From the NCBI GenBank assembly GCA_036271335.1, contig DATBAW010000600.1, positions 5,635 to 69,634 on the forward strand: 64,000 nt of DNA, given 5' to 3'. Position 1 is the stretch's first letter. Every line of letters starts with the position of its first letter. Under the pieces are notes generated by a model. It was not told the origin of the DNA. It worked only from the letters and a program-made list of their open reading frames with translations, and ran no database searches. The translations under genes were made by a program, and so were the position numbers. This DNA comes from Thermoanaerobaculia bacterium (GTDB lineage Bacteria > Acidobacteriota > Thermoanaerobaculia > Multivoradales > UBA5704). Shown one piece after another: positions 1-9,150 of this stretch.

Positions 1-1543
1 CGACCGACCGGTAGTACTCGGCGAGCGCGGTGCGGTAGTTCACCGTCGCCTGCACCTCGGCGCTGCGGGCCTCGGTCAGCTGGTCCTGGATCTGGGTGAT
101 CTGGAAGCTGGTGGACATGCCGTTCTCGTAGCGCTTCTTCTCGGCGTCCAGGTTCTTCTCCTGGAACTCGCGCGCCTTGACGTTGGCGTCGATCGACTTG
201 ATCGCGGTGTCGACGGCGCGGGCGGCCGTGCGGACCTCGCCCTCGATCACCGTCCGCTCCTGGTCGTAGAGCGACTGGAAGCGGTCCACCTCGACGTTGG
301 CGGTGGCGCTGGTCGCACGGGCCGTGCGGTTCTGGATCGGATAGATGAAGGCGAGGGTGACCGTCCAGCCAGGGAAGCTGATCCCGGTGATCTGGTTGAA
401 GGCGGAGCTGAAGGAGCTGTCCAGACCCGTGTAGTTGTATTGGACGTCGAGATTGAGCTGCGGCTTGAGCTGGCGGTGGAAGTAGTCGGCGTCGCGCTTG
501 GCCTGCGCCAGCTGCAGTTCCTGGCTGCGCAGCTCGGGGCGCTGGGCGACGGCGGCGGTGAGCGCCGCCTTGAGGTCGACGGTGACCTTCTCGTCCGTCT
601 TGGGGTCCGACGTCGGCACGATCGGCGTCTCCCAGAGCTTGCCGGGAGGGAGGTTGAGCAGCCGCCGGAGGACGTCCTCGGCGTCGCCGACCGCCGAGAT
701 GGCCTGAATGATCCCCTCCTCGCGGGTGGCGATCGCCGCCTCGCTGTTGGTCAGCTCGAGCGGCGCCTTGGTGCCGACCTGCACCTCGACCTGGTTGCGC
801 GAATGGAGATCCTTGGCGAGCTGGAGGCTCTCCTGGGCGACGCCGAGCTGCTCGCGGGCGTTGACCAGGGCCCAGTAGGCGTTCACCACCTGCTGGGTGA
901 CCGTGGTCACCTCCAGCCGGAAGTTCTGCCGGCTGACGTTGCTGTTGCTCTGCGCGATCAGGATGGAACGCTCGGTGGCGTACCGGCCGGACCCCTGCAG
1001 CAGGGGCTGAATGTAGTGAAAGCTCAAGGTCGAAGTGTAGATGGAGGGGAACGTCGCCTCCGAGCTGTTGCTCTGCGAACGGCTGTTGGTCCAGCCGGCA
1101 TTCAGAGAGCCACCCAGGGGGAGATTCTGCGTGAAACCGGTGTCGATCTCCTGCCCCTTCGAGACGGAGGGCTCGAACGTCGTGGCCGCCTGGCTCTGCT
1201 TCAGGCTGCTGGCGATGCCGGTGATGGTCGCGTTCAGATCGTAGTAGCCGAGCGCCTGGATGATGGCGAGCCGGTTCTCGACGCGGACGTAGCGCGAGAC
1301 GACGATGTCCAGGTTGCGCTGCAAGGCGACCTCGACGGCCTGGTCGACCGAGAGCTGCACGGCGTTGTCCTTCATCTCGAAGGCCGGCGCCTCCGCCGGC
1401 GGCGGCGGTTGCAGGAACGAGTTGATGCGGATCGTCTTCGCCTTGGTGGCGGCCGCGGCCGGGAGGGTCGCCAGCAGCAGTGCGGCGAGCAGCAGCGCCA
1501 ACGTTTGAGTCCACGAAACGGATCGCAGGAACGTTCTCTTCAT
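1..1543 (-). CDS. TolC-family outer-membrane efflux protein (first ~514 codons; 3' end runs off the window start)
   Basis: Not in the ORF track because there is no stop inside the window. Reverse-strand reading from ATG (1543-1541) gives MKRTFLRSVSWTQTLALLLAALLLATLPAAAA (signal peptide). It continues with QAVEVALQRNLDIVVSRY, QQVVNAYWALVNAREQLGVAQESLQLAKDL, RPELRSQELQLAQAKRDADY and KKRYENGMSTSFQITQIQDQLTEARSAEVQA, the two-repeat OEP/TolC pattern. The + ORF 440..1546 is its antisense shadow. Confidence 0.75.
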   Translation of the reverse strand, partial: MKRTFLRSVSWTQTLALLLAALLLATLPAAAATKAKTIRINSFLQPPPPAEAPAFEMKDNAVQLSVDQAVEVALQRNLDIVVSRYVRVENRLAIIQALGYYDLNATITGIASSLKQSQAATTFEPSVSKGQEIDTGFTQNLPLGGSLNAGWTNSRSQSNSSEATFPSIYTSTLSFHYIQPLLQGSGRYATERSILIAQSNSNVSRQNFRLEVTTVTQQVVNAYWALVNAREQLGVAQESLQLAKDLHSRNQVEVQVGTKAPLELTNSEAAIATREEGIIQAISAVGDAEDVLRRLLNLPPGKLWETPIVPTSDPKTDEKVTVDLKAALTAAVAQRPELRSQELQLAQAKRDADYFHRQLKPQLNLDVQYNYTGLDSSFSSAFNQITGISFPGWTVTLAFIYPIQNRTARATSATANVEVDRFQSLYDQERTVIEGEVRTAARAVDTAIKSIDANVKAREFQEKNLDAEKKRYENGMSTSFQITQIQDQLTEARSAEVQATVNYRTALAEYYRSV

Positions 1544-1690
1544 TGAATACCCCTGTGAATACCCCTGAAAAAGACCCCGCAACGGGGGGTCGAGATGCCG
1601 TGTAGCGGCTCGCGCCGTCCCACGCCGAGATGTACGCGCCGGCCGCATGAAAGTTCTCCCAAGTCTTCTTACGAAGCTGCGCCGACTATC

Positions 1691-2680
1691 TTACCCTGCC
1701 GGCCGCCCGAGCTCCCCCGGGTAGAAGCACGCCACCGCATGTTCCAATTCCCCCACCGGCCCCAGCGGGGGCCGCTCGGCCGCGCAACGCGGCCGGGCAC
1801 TCGGGCAGCGCGGGTGGAACGGGCAGCCGGACGGCGGCGCCAGGGGGCTCGGCGGCTCCCCCGCCAGCACGATCCGGCGCCGGCGCCGGCCGGGGTCGGC
1901 CACCGGCACCGCCGACAGCAGGCTCACTGTATACGGATGAAGGGGGCGCCCCATCAGCTCGCGGACGGGCGCCAGCTCGACGACGCGGCCGAGGTACATC
2001 ACCGCCACCCGGTCCGCCAGCCGTTCGACCGCCGCCATGTCGTGGGCGATCAGCAGCATCGCGAGCCCCAGCCGCTCGCGCAGTCCGCCGAGGAGGTCGA
2101 GCACCTGGGCGCGCACCGCCACGTCGAGCGACGACACCGGCTCGTCCGCCACCAGCAGGTCGGGCTCCGGCGCCAGCGCCCGCGCGATCCCCACCCGCTG
2201 GCGCTGGCCGCCCGAGAGCTCGTGGGGAAAGCGGCCGCCGAGCTCCGGCGCCAAGCCGACGGTCGCCAGCAGCTCCGCCGCGCGTTCCGCCCGGCCGGCA
2301 CGGTCGAGGCCGCTGTGGAGGGCCAGCGGCTCGGCGAGGGCGGCACCCACCCGCTGCCGCGGATCGAGCGACGCGCCAGGGTCCTGGAACACCATCTGGA
2401 AGCGCCGGCGGCGGCGGCGCAGCGCGCTCCCCTTCAGCGCCAGCAGGTCCTCGCCGGCGAAGCGGACGGCGCCGGCGGTCGGCTCGGTCAGCCGCAGCGC
2501 GCAGCGGCCGAGGGTGGTCTTGCCGCTCCCCGACTCCCCCACCAGCGCCAGGCACTCGCCCGCGGCCACGGCGAGGTCGACGCCGGCGAGGGCGTGCACG
2601 GTGCCCCGCCGGCGCTGGAGCAGGCCGCGCCGCACCGGGTATTCCTTGCACAGCCCCGCCACCTCCAGCAGCGCAGTCAC
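1691..2680 (-). CDS. Oligopeptide/dipeptide ABC transporter ATP-binding protein (OppF/DppF-like)
   Basis: C-terminal 330 codons of track ORF 1691..4006. Walker [10 protein letters not shown], signature LSGGQRQR, Walker B LLVADEP, and the Opp-type C-terminal HPYT...PSGCPFHPRC motif. GTG start at 2680 overlaps the upstream stop by 4 nt (GTGA). Confidence 0.85.
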   Translation of the reverse strand: MTALLEVAGLCKEYPVRRGLLQRRRGTVHALAGVDLAVAAGECLALVGESGSGKTTLGRCALRLTEPTAGAVRFAGEDLLALKGSALRRRRRRFQMVFQDPGASLDPRQRVGAALAEPLALHSGLDRAGRAERAAELLATVGLAPELGGRFPHELSGGQRQRVGIARALAPEPDLLVADEPVSSLDVAVRAQVLDLLGGLRERLGLAMLLIAHDMAAVERLADRVAVMYLGRVVELAPVRELMGRPLHPYTVSLLSAVPVADPGRRRRRIVLAGEPPSPLAPPSGCPFHPRCPSARPRCAAERPPLGPVGELEHAVACFYPGELGRPAG

Positions 2681-3501
2681 GGGCCCTCCGCGGCGAGGCG
2701 CGGCACGGCGGCCAGCAGCTCGCGGGTGTAGGGGTGGGCGGGGGCGCGGAAGAGCTCGTCGACCGCCGCCGTCTCCACCACCCGGCCGGCGTGCATCACC
2801 ACCACCCGGTCGCAGGTCTCGGCCACCACGCCGAGGTCGTGGGTGATCAGCAGCACCGCCAGGCCGAGGTCCCGCCGCAGCTCGTCGAGCAGCTCCAGGA
2901 TCTGCGCCTGCAGCGTCACGTCGAGCGCGGTGGTCGGCTCGTCGGCGAGCAGCAGGTCCGGGCCGCCGGCGAGCGCCATGGCGATCATCGCGCGCTGGCG
3001 CTGGCCGCCGGAGAGTTGGTGGGGATAGTCGTCGAGGCGCCGGCGGGCATCCGCCAGCGCCACCCGGTCGAGCAGCCGCACCGCCTCGTCGCGGGCGTCG
3101 CGGCGCGACAGGCGGCGGTGGGCGCGCACCGCCTCGGCGATCTGAAAGCCGATCGAATAGACCGGGTCGAACGCCGTCGCCGGCTCCTGGAAGACGAGGC
3201 CGATCCTGGCGCCGCGCACCGTCCTGAGACCGCGGGCGCCGAGGCGCAGCAGGTCGACGGGAGCGGCCGACGGCTCGCGGCCCGCGAGGCTCGCGCCGCC
3301 GGCCGTCACCCGCCCCGGCGGGGGGATCAGGCCGAGCAGGGCGAGGGCAGTCAGCGTCTTCCCCGAGCCGGACTCCCCCACCAGACCCACCACCTCGCCG
3401 CGGCCGACGTCGAGGGAGACGCCGCGCACCACGGGCGTCCACCCGCGTCCGGCGGGGAACGCGACCTCCAGGTCGCGGACGGCGAGGAGCGGAGCGGCCA
3501 A
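2677..3501 (-). CDS. Oligopeptide/dipeptide ABC transporter ATP-binding protein (OppD/DppD-like)
   Basis: GESGSGKTL Walker A, LSGGQRQR signature, [12 protein letters not shown] Walker B, HDLGVV, C-terminal HPYT. Translationally coupled to the next ATPase gene. Confidence 0.85.
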   Translation of the reverse strand: MAAPLLAVRDLEVAFPAGRGWTPVVRGVSLDVGRGEVVGLVGESGSGKTLTALALLGLIPPPGRVTAGGASLAGREPSAAPVDLLRLGARGLRTVRGARIGLVFQEPATAFDPVYSIGFQIAEAVRAHRRLSRRDARDEAVRLLDRVALADARRRLDDYPHQLSGGQRQRAMIAMALAGGPDLLLADEPTTALDVTLQAQILELLDELRRDLGLAVLLITHDLGVVAETCDRVVVMHAGRVVETAAVDELFRAPAHPYTRELLAAVPRLAAEGP

Positions 3502-3513
3502 CGGTCGGCGGCT

Positions 3514-4983
3514 CTATCCGGCGAACCCGCGCAGCCAGCCCACCAGGGTGGCGACGCCGAAGCCCGTGGCGCCGGCGCAGGAGGCGCGGTCGCCCTTGAC
3601 GTTGGCGACGCCGGCGATGTCGAGATGGGCCCAGCGCTGGACGTCGCCGACGAACTGGGACAGGAAGGCCGCGGCGGTGCTCGCGCTCCCCCAGCGGCCG
3701 GCGGAGTTGCGGAGGTCGGCGTGGGTGCCTTTCATCTCCTCCAGGTATTCGGGGAAGAGGGGGAGGCGCCAGAGCCGCTCCCCCGCCGCCGCGGAGGCCG
3801 CCGCCAGCTCGCCGGCCAGCCCGTCGTCGGGCGTGTACATCCCGGCCGCCACGTGGCCGAGGGCGACGATGACGCCGCCGGTCAGGGTCGACAGCTCGAC
3901 GATCGCGTCGGGGCGCTCCTCGGCGGCCCAGGCGAGGGCGTCGGCGAGGATCATCCGCCCCTCGGCGTCGGTGTTGACGATCTCCACCGTCCGGCCGTTG
4001 TAGCAACGCACGATGTCGCTCGGCCGGTAGGCGTCGGCGCTCAGCATGTTCTCGGCGAACGGGGTGTAGGCGGACAGGCGCACCGGCAGGTCGAGGTCGG
4101 CGGCGGCGCGGACGGCGGCCAGCACGGCGCAGGCGCCGGCCTTGTCGTACTTCATCTCGTCCATGTCGGCGGCCGTCTTGATCGAGATGCCGCCGGTGTC
4201 GAAGGTCACCCCCTTGCCCACCAGCGCGAGGCGCGGGCCGCGGGTGCCGTAGCGCACGCGGACCATCCGCGGCTCGTGGGCGGAGCCGGCGCCGACCGCC
4301 AGCAGCCCCCCCATGCCGCGGGCGCGCAGCTCGTCCGCCCGCAGCACGGTGCAGTCGAGATCGCGGCCGGCGGCGAGCTCGCGGGCGCGCTCCTCCATCC
4401 AGGTCGGGGTGGCCTCGTTGGCCGGCGCGTTGGCGAGGTCGCGGGCGTAGGCGACCGCGCCCGCCACCTGCGTCGCCGCGGGCAAGGCCTCCTGGTAGGC
4501 CGCCTCCTCGCCCGCCGGCGGCACCACGGCGAGCCGCTCGACGCGCCCCTTCCGGTCGGCGTCGCCGAGGAAGCGGTCGAAGCGGTAGGCCGCCAGCGCC
4601 AGGGCGCGCAGCAGGCGGCCGGCGGCGGCTCCCGCGGTCTCGGCATGAGCGGGCAGGACGATCGTCAGCCGCCGCGCGCCGCTCTGGCGCGCTTCCTCGG
4701 CGACGCGGCCGAGCCAGTGGACGAGACCGTTGTAGAGAAACTCCTGGCGGGCGCCGAGGCCGTAGAGGGAGACCACCGGCCCGTCCGGTCCCGCCTCGGT
4801 CTGCGCCAGCTGATCTTCCTTCGCCTTCCAGCCCGGGCGGGCCGCCAGGCGCCCGACCGCCCGCCGGCTCGCCTCCTCCAGACCCGCCACGGCGGGAGCC
4901 TCGCCCTCGAAACAGCCCACGGCCAGCAGGTCGGCATCCGGCCTGTCCATGGCGGCGACGTGAATCGATCCGGGCTCTCCCAT
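3514..4983 (-). CDS. pepA: Leucyl aminopeptidase, peptidase family M17
   Basis: VGKGVTFDTGGISIK and NTDAEGRMILADALAWA, the diagnostic M17 active-site motifs. 489 aa. Confidence 0.9.
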   Translation of the reverse strand: MGEPGSIHVAAMDRPDADLLAVGCFEGEAPAVAGLEEASRRAVGRLAARPGWKAKEDQLAQTEAGPDGPVVSLYGLGARQEFLYNGLVHWLGRVAEEARQSGARRLTIVLPAHAETAGAAAGRLLRALALAAYRFDRFLGDADRKGRVERLAVVPPAGEEAAYQEALPAATQVAGAVAYARDLANAPANEATPTWMEERARELAAGRDLDCTVLRADELRARGMGGLLAVGAGSAHEPRMVRVRYGTRGPRLALVGKGVTFDTGGISIKTAADMDEMKYDKAGACAVLAAVRAAADLDLPVRLSAYTPFAENMLSADAYRPSDIVRCYNGRTVEIVNTDAEGRMILADALAWAAEERPDAIVELSTLTGGVIVALGHVAAGMYTPDDGLAGELAAASAAAGERLWRLPLFPEYLEEMKGTHADLRNSAGRWGSASTAAAFLSQFVGDVQRWAHLDIAGVANVKGDRASCAGATGFGVATLVGWLRGFAG

Positions 4984-5074
4984 TGCGTCCTTACCTCACT
5001 CCTCCAGAAGGTGCCGCGAAGGCCGAAAACCGGCCCACCCGGCGTCGGATCCGCCGGCGCCGCGACGATCTTCC

Positions 5075-7153
5075 ATGGCCCCCTTCGTCGAGCGTATGGT
5101 ATACGTAATCGCTCCTTTTCCAGTTGAGACAAACGCCCGTTCCGCGAGCGCGAGCATGAACCCGACGTCGTTGCTTCAGAGCCTGCAGGGCCCGTTCAAC
5201 TTCCTCTCCTCCGACCAGGAGGAGACGCGGCGCCTGATGCCCGATCTCCTGCGCGTGCTGCCGATGCCGCGCCCGATCTTCCTGGAGGACGAGAGCGCCA
5301 CGCCTCTCCAGGGCTTTCCGGTCCTGCTCTCCGCCGGCCTGCTCGACCTCCGCGCCGCCCTCCGCGAGCTGATCGAGGCCGAGGAGACCTCGCAGGTGGC
5401 CGGGTTCCGCCGCGAAGGGCACGACGTCAAGGCCCACGCCCTGGCCTGGGAGCGCTACGCCGCGCTGCTCGGCCGCGCCATCGAGAACGCGACCATCTCG
5501 AGCTACGGCCGGCAATATCCCGCCGTCTTCTGGCTCCACCACTCGCTCGACGCCGCCCGCCTGTTCAAGGATGTGCCGAAGCGGATCCTCCGGCGGGACA
5601 GCGACGTCGGCCGCCGCCACGGCGACGCCATCAAGTACCGCATCCTCGACCGCTTCCTCGACCGCGTGCTGTCGGTCACCTACGACCTCGTGGCACGGCT
5701 GGCGCTCGCCACCGAGGAGGTCGAGGAGGAGCTCTTCCCCCGCCTGCTGAGCCACCTGCGCGACAACGTCCTGGTGTTCACCGAGGACCACATCGGCCGC
5801 GATCTCGGCGAGCTGTCGAGCTATCTGGCCGGCTCGCTGCGCATCGACGGCCGCGACCTCCGCCGGCGGCTGGACGAGTTGGCCCGCTGGCACGTCGAGC
5901 AGCTCGCCGCCGATCCCGGTCTGCGCGCCGCCGTCGCCCACCTGCTCAAGGCCGATCCGCGCCACGCCGGCCGAGAGCTGCTCGTCCGCCCCGGCTACCT
6001 GTCCTATCTGGCGACCTTGCGCGCCTACGAGCCCGAGCGCCTCCTGCCGCCGCCGCTCGTCCAGGTGTGGGAGAACCTGATCGTCAAGCTCAAGGAGTTC
6101 GAGCTGATCCATGGCCTGCGGCGGATGATCGTGCCGATCGAGGTCCGCGACGACGGCGTCATGATCGGGCGCGAGCTGCCGCCGGGGCGCGCCGTCGCCA
6201 GCGGCGAGCTGCGCCTCTCGGTGGCCACCCGGCCGCTCGACTTCATGGAGCCCTGGGTGATCGACCCGCGGGTCGAGCGCTACGGGATGATCTACGACAT
6301 CAGCGACTTCTCGTCGACCCTGTCGGTGCTCCACCGCGCCGGCAGCGTCAGCCAGGAGGGCGCCTTCCTGTCCATGTTCCGCTTCCAGCGGCGGATCAAC
6401 CGGCTGGCCAGCTCGCACCGCGCCAAGCTCGAGAAGTACCTGGGGGACGGCGCCTTCTACTCCAGCCGCGAGGCGACCAACCTGCTGCTCTGCTCGATCC
6501 AGCTCCAGCGCCACTACGTCCAGGCCGTGCGCGAGGGGCTGCCGTTCGACCGCGGCATGCGGATCGCCCTCAACTTCGGTCCCTACCGCCTGATCCCGAT
6601 GGGCGGCCAGCCGGACGAGGGCGAGCGCTACGAGTTCTTCGGCCCCGGCCTCGTCGAGCTGTCGCGGCTGACCACCGGCAAGGCGACCCAGGAGATCGAC
6701 GAGGTCAAGACCATGCTGATCAACCAGGGGTACCCGGAGGCCACCGTGCACCGCTTCTTCGCCCCGGTGGCGCACAAGAACGTCGACGTCGTCGACAAGA
6801 AGGAAGAGGCGCGCTCCTTCTACGCCTACATCAACCACAACGGCACCCTGCACAACAACGGCATGGTGGCGACCGGGCCGTTCATCACCCAGCTCGACCA
6901 GGAGACCGCCGGCATCCGCCTCTTCCGTGGCCGCCAGGCGGACCGCACCTACGTCGTCGCCCTTTTCGAGGACGCCGGCGAGCGGCTGCCGATCGGCTTC
7001 CGCAAGCTCGGCATGGCCCACCTCAAGGGTCTCGACAAGCTCCCCGTCTACGAGGTGATCGACGCCGCCGAGCTCCCACCCGAGGCGATGAAGGAGATCC
7101 CCAGCTCGCCGCTCCTGGCGGCGATCGACCGCGAGATCACGAATGCGTTGTAG
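5075..7153 (+). CDS. Large cytoplasmic protein with a divergent class III nucleotidyl-cyclase-like domain (start more likely ATG 5156)
   Basis: Coding-like composition throughout. Residues after RVERY read GMIYDISDFSSTL / EKYLGDGAFYSS / MRIALNFGPYRLI / YEFFGPGLVELSRL. These line up with the cyclase homology-domain blocks FaDixgFT / KxiGDaxm / RiGihxGpv / GdxVNxAsR. The N-terminal ~400 aa is helical with no family I recognise. Confidence 0.6.
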   Translation: MAPFVERMVYVIAPFPVETNARSASASMNPTSLLQSLQGPFNFLSSDQEETRRLMPDLLRVLPMPRPIFLEDESATPLQGFPVLLSAGLLDLRAALRELIEAEETSQVAGFRREGHDVKAHALAWERYAALLGRAIENATISSYGRQYPAVFWLHHSLDAARLFKDVPKRILRRDSDVGRRHGDAIKYRILDRFLDRVLSVTYDLVARLALATEEVEEELFPRLLSHLRDNVLVFTEDHIGRDLGELSSYLAGSLRIDGRDLRRRLDELARWHVEQLAADPGLRAAVAHLLKADPRHAGRELLVRPGYLSYLATLRAYEPERLLPPPLVQVWENLIVKLKEFELIHGLRRMIVPIEVRDDGVMIGRELPPGRAVASGELRLSVATRPLDFMEPWVIDPRVERYGMIYDISDFSSTLSVLHRAGSVSQEGAFLSMFRFQRRINRLASSHRAKLEKYLGDGAFYSSREATNLLLCSIQLQRHYVQAVREGLPFDRGMRIALNFGPYRLIPMGGQPDEGERYEFFGPGLVELSRLTTGKATQEIDEVKTMLINQGYPEATVHRFFAPVAHKNVDVVDKKEEARSFYAYINHNGTLHNNGMVATGPFITQLDQETAGIRLFRGRQADRTYVVALFEDAGERLPIGFRKLGMAHLKGLDKLPVYEVIDAAELPPEAMKEIPSSPLLAAIDREITNAL

Positions 7154-7160
7154 AAAGAGG

Positions 7161-7246
7161 GAACACGGACGAGCACGGACGGACAGGGACGAACACGGAC
7201 AGAAAAAAGACCCGGCTCCCGGTGTCCCTGTTCGTCCGTGCTAGTC
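7161..7246. repeat. Imperfect hairpin built from CACGGAC/AGGGAC heptads (left arm 7161-7200, A-rich loop, right arm 7221-7246)
   Basis: gaacacggacgagcacggacggacagggacgaacacggac ... gtgtccctgttcgtccgtgctagtcc. The right arm is roughly the reverse complement of the left. It sits between the stop of the 5075..7153 gene and purC. Confidence 0.6.
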
Positions 7247-7272
7247 CCCGATTTCTGATATAGAACCCTCCC

Positions 7273-8169
7273 ATGGAAACCCTGTGGCAGAGCGACCTCC
7301 CCGGCCTCCCCGAGCCCCGGCGGGGCAAGGTGCGGGACGTCTACGACCTCGGCGACACGCTGCTGATCGTCGCCTCCGACCGGCTGTCCGCCTACGACCA
7401 CGTGCTGCGGCCGGGGATCCCGGGCAAGGGGAAGATCCTCAACCAGCTCTCGAACGTCTGGTTCGAGCGGCTGGCCGCGGTCGTCCCCAACCATCTGCTG
7501 GCGACCGATCCGGCGGACTTCCCGGCGGCGCTAGCGCCCTACCGCGACCGGCTGCGCGGCCGCGCGGTGCTGGCACGCAAGGCGCGGGTCATCCCCTTCG
7601 AATGCGTGGCGCGCGGCTTCCTGGCCGGCAGCGGCTACCGCGAGTACATGCAGTCGCGGAGCGTCTGCGGCATCCCGCTCCCCGATGGCCTCGAACGGGC
7701 CAGCATGCTGCCGGCGCCGATCTTCACCCCGGCGACCAAGGCCGAGGAGGGGCACGACGAGAACGTCGACTTCGCGACCGTCGAGCGCGCCATGGACCCC
7801 GGTCTCGCCGCCCGTCTGCGCGAGCTCACCCTCGACCTCTACACGATGGGCGCCGTGCACGCCGCCGAGCGCGGCCTGATCCTCGCCGACACCAAATTCG
7901 AGTTCGGCCACTCCGTGGAGTCGGGAGAGCTGCTGCTGATCGACGAGGTCCTCACCCCCGACTCCTCCCGCTACTGGGACCTCACCCACTGGGTCCCGGG
8001 CAAGGAGCCGGCCTCGTTCGACAAGCAGTTCGTCCGCAACTGGCTCGACGCCTCGGGCTGGGACAAGGAATCGCCCCCGCCCGAGCTCTCGGCCGACGTC
8101 GTCCAGGGCACCCTCGACCGCTACGTCAAGGCGTTCCGGCGGCTGACCGGGCGGGAGCCGGAGCTGTAA
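7273..8169 (+). CDS. purC: Phosphoribosylaminoimidazole-succinocarboxamide (SAICAR) synthase
   Basis: RGKVRDVYDLGDTLLIVASDRLSAYD, ILADTKFEFG and LIDEVLTPDSSRYW are classic PurC motifs. 298 aa. Confidence 0.92.
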   Translation: METLWQSDLPGLPEPRRGKVRDVYDLGDTLLIVASDRLSAYDHVLRPGIPGKGKILNQLSNVWFERLAAVVPNHLLATDPADFPAALAPYRDRLRGRAVLARKARVIPFECVARGFLAGSGYREYMQSRSVCGIPLPDGLERASMLPAPIFTPATKAEEGHDENVDFATVERAMDPGLAARLRELTLDLYTMGAVHAAERGLILADTKFEFGHSVESGELLLIDEVLTPDSSRYWDLTHWVPGKEPASFDKQFVRNWLDASGWDKESPPPELSADVVQGTLDRYVKAFRRLTGREPEL

Positions 8170-8199
8170 CGGCAGCTTCTACCCGGCTCGTTCCCCCTC

Positions 8200-8282
8200 C
8201 TGGGACCGCCGGCGTCCCGCCGGCTCTAACCAAAACAAACCAAAATGCGGGGTTAGAGCCGGCGGGACGCCGGCGGTCCCAG
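8200..8282. repeat. REP-like element: 32-bp perfect inverted repeat with a 19-nt A-rich loop
   Basis: ctgggaccgccggcgtcccgccggctctaacc (8200-8231) and its exact reverse complement (8251-8282), directly after the purC stop. Confidence 0.9.
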
Positions 8283-8352
8283 GGAGATGTCGCGCGGCTT
8301 CACGGGCTCCTGGAACCCGTCGCGGGTTCCGGAGCTGATATCATCTCTTTCC

Positions 8353-9012
8353 ATGAATTCTGAGCCGCGGATCGCCGATCTTCCCGCCACGATCCTTCTC
8401 CTGCCGCTGGCGCCCTGGCTGCTGCTGCCGGAGACGATGCTGCCGGTCGCCATCACCGCGCCGGAAGGGCGGGCGGTGATCGACGCCGCGCTGGCGGCGG
8501 ACGGCTGGGTGGGCGTGGTGCAGGCGCGGGACGACGAGAGCCGCGATCCGGCGCGGCGCTTCTATCCGGTCGGCTGCCTCGCCCGCATTCACGAGGAGAG
8601 CCGCGGCGGCGATGCGCTCCATGTACGTCTGGAGGGCGTCGTCCGCTTTCGCCTGCGCGTGGAGCTGCCGCCGGCGGGCGGGCTCTCCCGGGGCGACGTG
8701 GAGTACGGCGAGTTCGCCGGCGACCTCCGCCGCGGCGAAGAGGAGGCGGAGGACCTGAAGCTCGAGCTGTTCAAGGACCGGATCCTCGAGCTTGGCCGCC
8801 AGCAGTTCGGCTCCGCCGGCGCGCTCGAGACGATGTCCCCCCGGCAGATCATCCTGTTCATGGCCCAGACCGCGCCGCTCGCCCCGATCGAGAAGCAGGC
8901 GCTGCTCGAGGCGCGGGACTTCCGCGCCCTCCTCGACACCCTCGGCCAGCTCTTCGCGCTCAACTACCTGACCACGACGCCGGATACCACGCCCCCCTCG
9001 CGCGTCAACTGA
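8353..9012 (+). CDS. LON N-terminal (substrate-binding, PUA-like) domain protein, paralog 1
   Basis: LPLAPWLLLPETMLPVAI, then GVVQARDD...PVGCLARI...LEGVVRFRL and a helical C-terminus, the pattern of stand-alone Lon-N proteins. ATG at 8353 chosen inside track ORF 8287..9012. Confidence 0.7.
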   Translation: MNSEPRIADLPATILLLPLAPWLLLPETMLPVAITAPEGRAVIDAALAADGWVGVVQARDDESRDPARRFYPVGCLARIHEESRGGDALHVRLEGVVRFRLRVELPPAGGLSRGDVEYGEFAGDLRRGEEEAEDLKLELFKDRILELGRQQFGSAGALETMSPRQIILFMAQTAPLAPIEKQALLEARDFRALLDTLGQLFALNYLTTTPDTTPPSRVN

Positions 9013-9024
9013 ACGCGCGCCCTC

Positions 9025-9121
9025 CCTTGCCGTTTCGCTTGCAGTCTTTCCCTTGCGGTCTTTTCCCTTGCGGTCTTTTCCCTTGCGGTCTTTACCCTTG
9101 CAGTCTTTACCCTTGCAGTAC
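9025..9121. repeat. Tandem array of about 6.5 copies of a 15-bp unit (CCTTGCGGTCTTTTC and variants)
   Basis: Units at 9051, 9066, 9081, 9096 and 9111, plus degenerate copies at 9025 and 9037. Lies between the two Lon-N paralogs. No unique spacers, so not CRISPR. Confidence 0.9.
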
Positions 9122-9150
9122 CGCGGGCGGTCTGTGATCATAGGGCCGCC

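Noticed and set aside
440-1546. 368-aa + strand ORF (MDVEIELRLELAVEVVG...)
   Set aside because: It is antisense to a well-supported TolC-family gene. Its low-complexity L/R/G/E/V-rich composition is typical of shadow ORFs in GC-rich DNA.
2734-7021. Long ORFs 2734..5127 (+, 797 aa) and 4991..7021 (-, 676 aa)
   Set aside because: They lie antisense to oppD/pepA and to the cyclase-like gene respectively. They are Arg/Gly/Ala/Glu-rich with no recognisable motifs, while the opposite strands carry diagnostic motifs.
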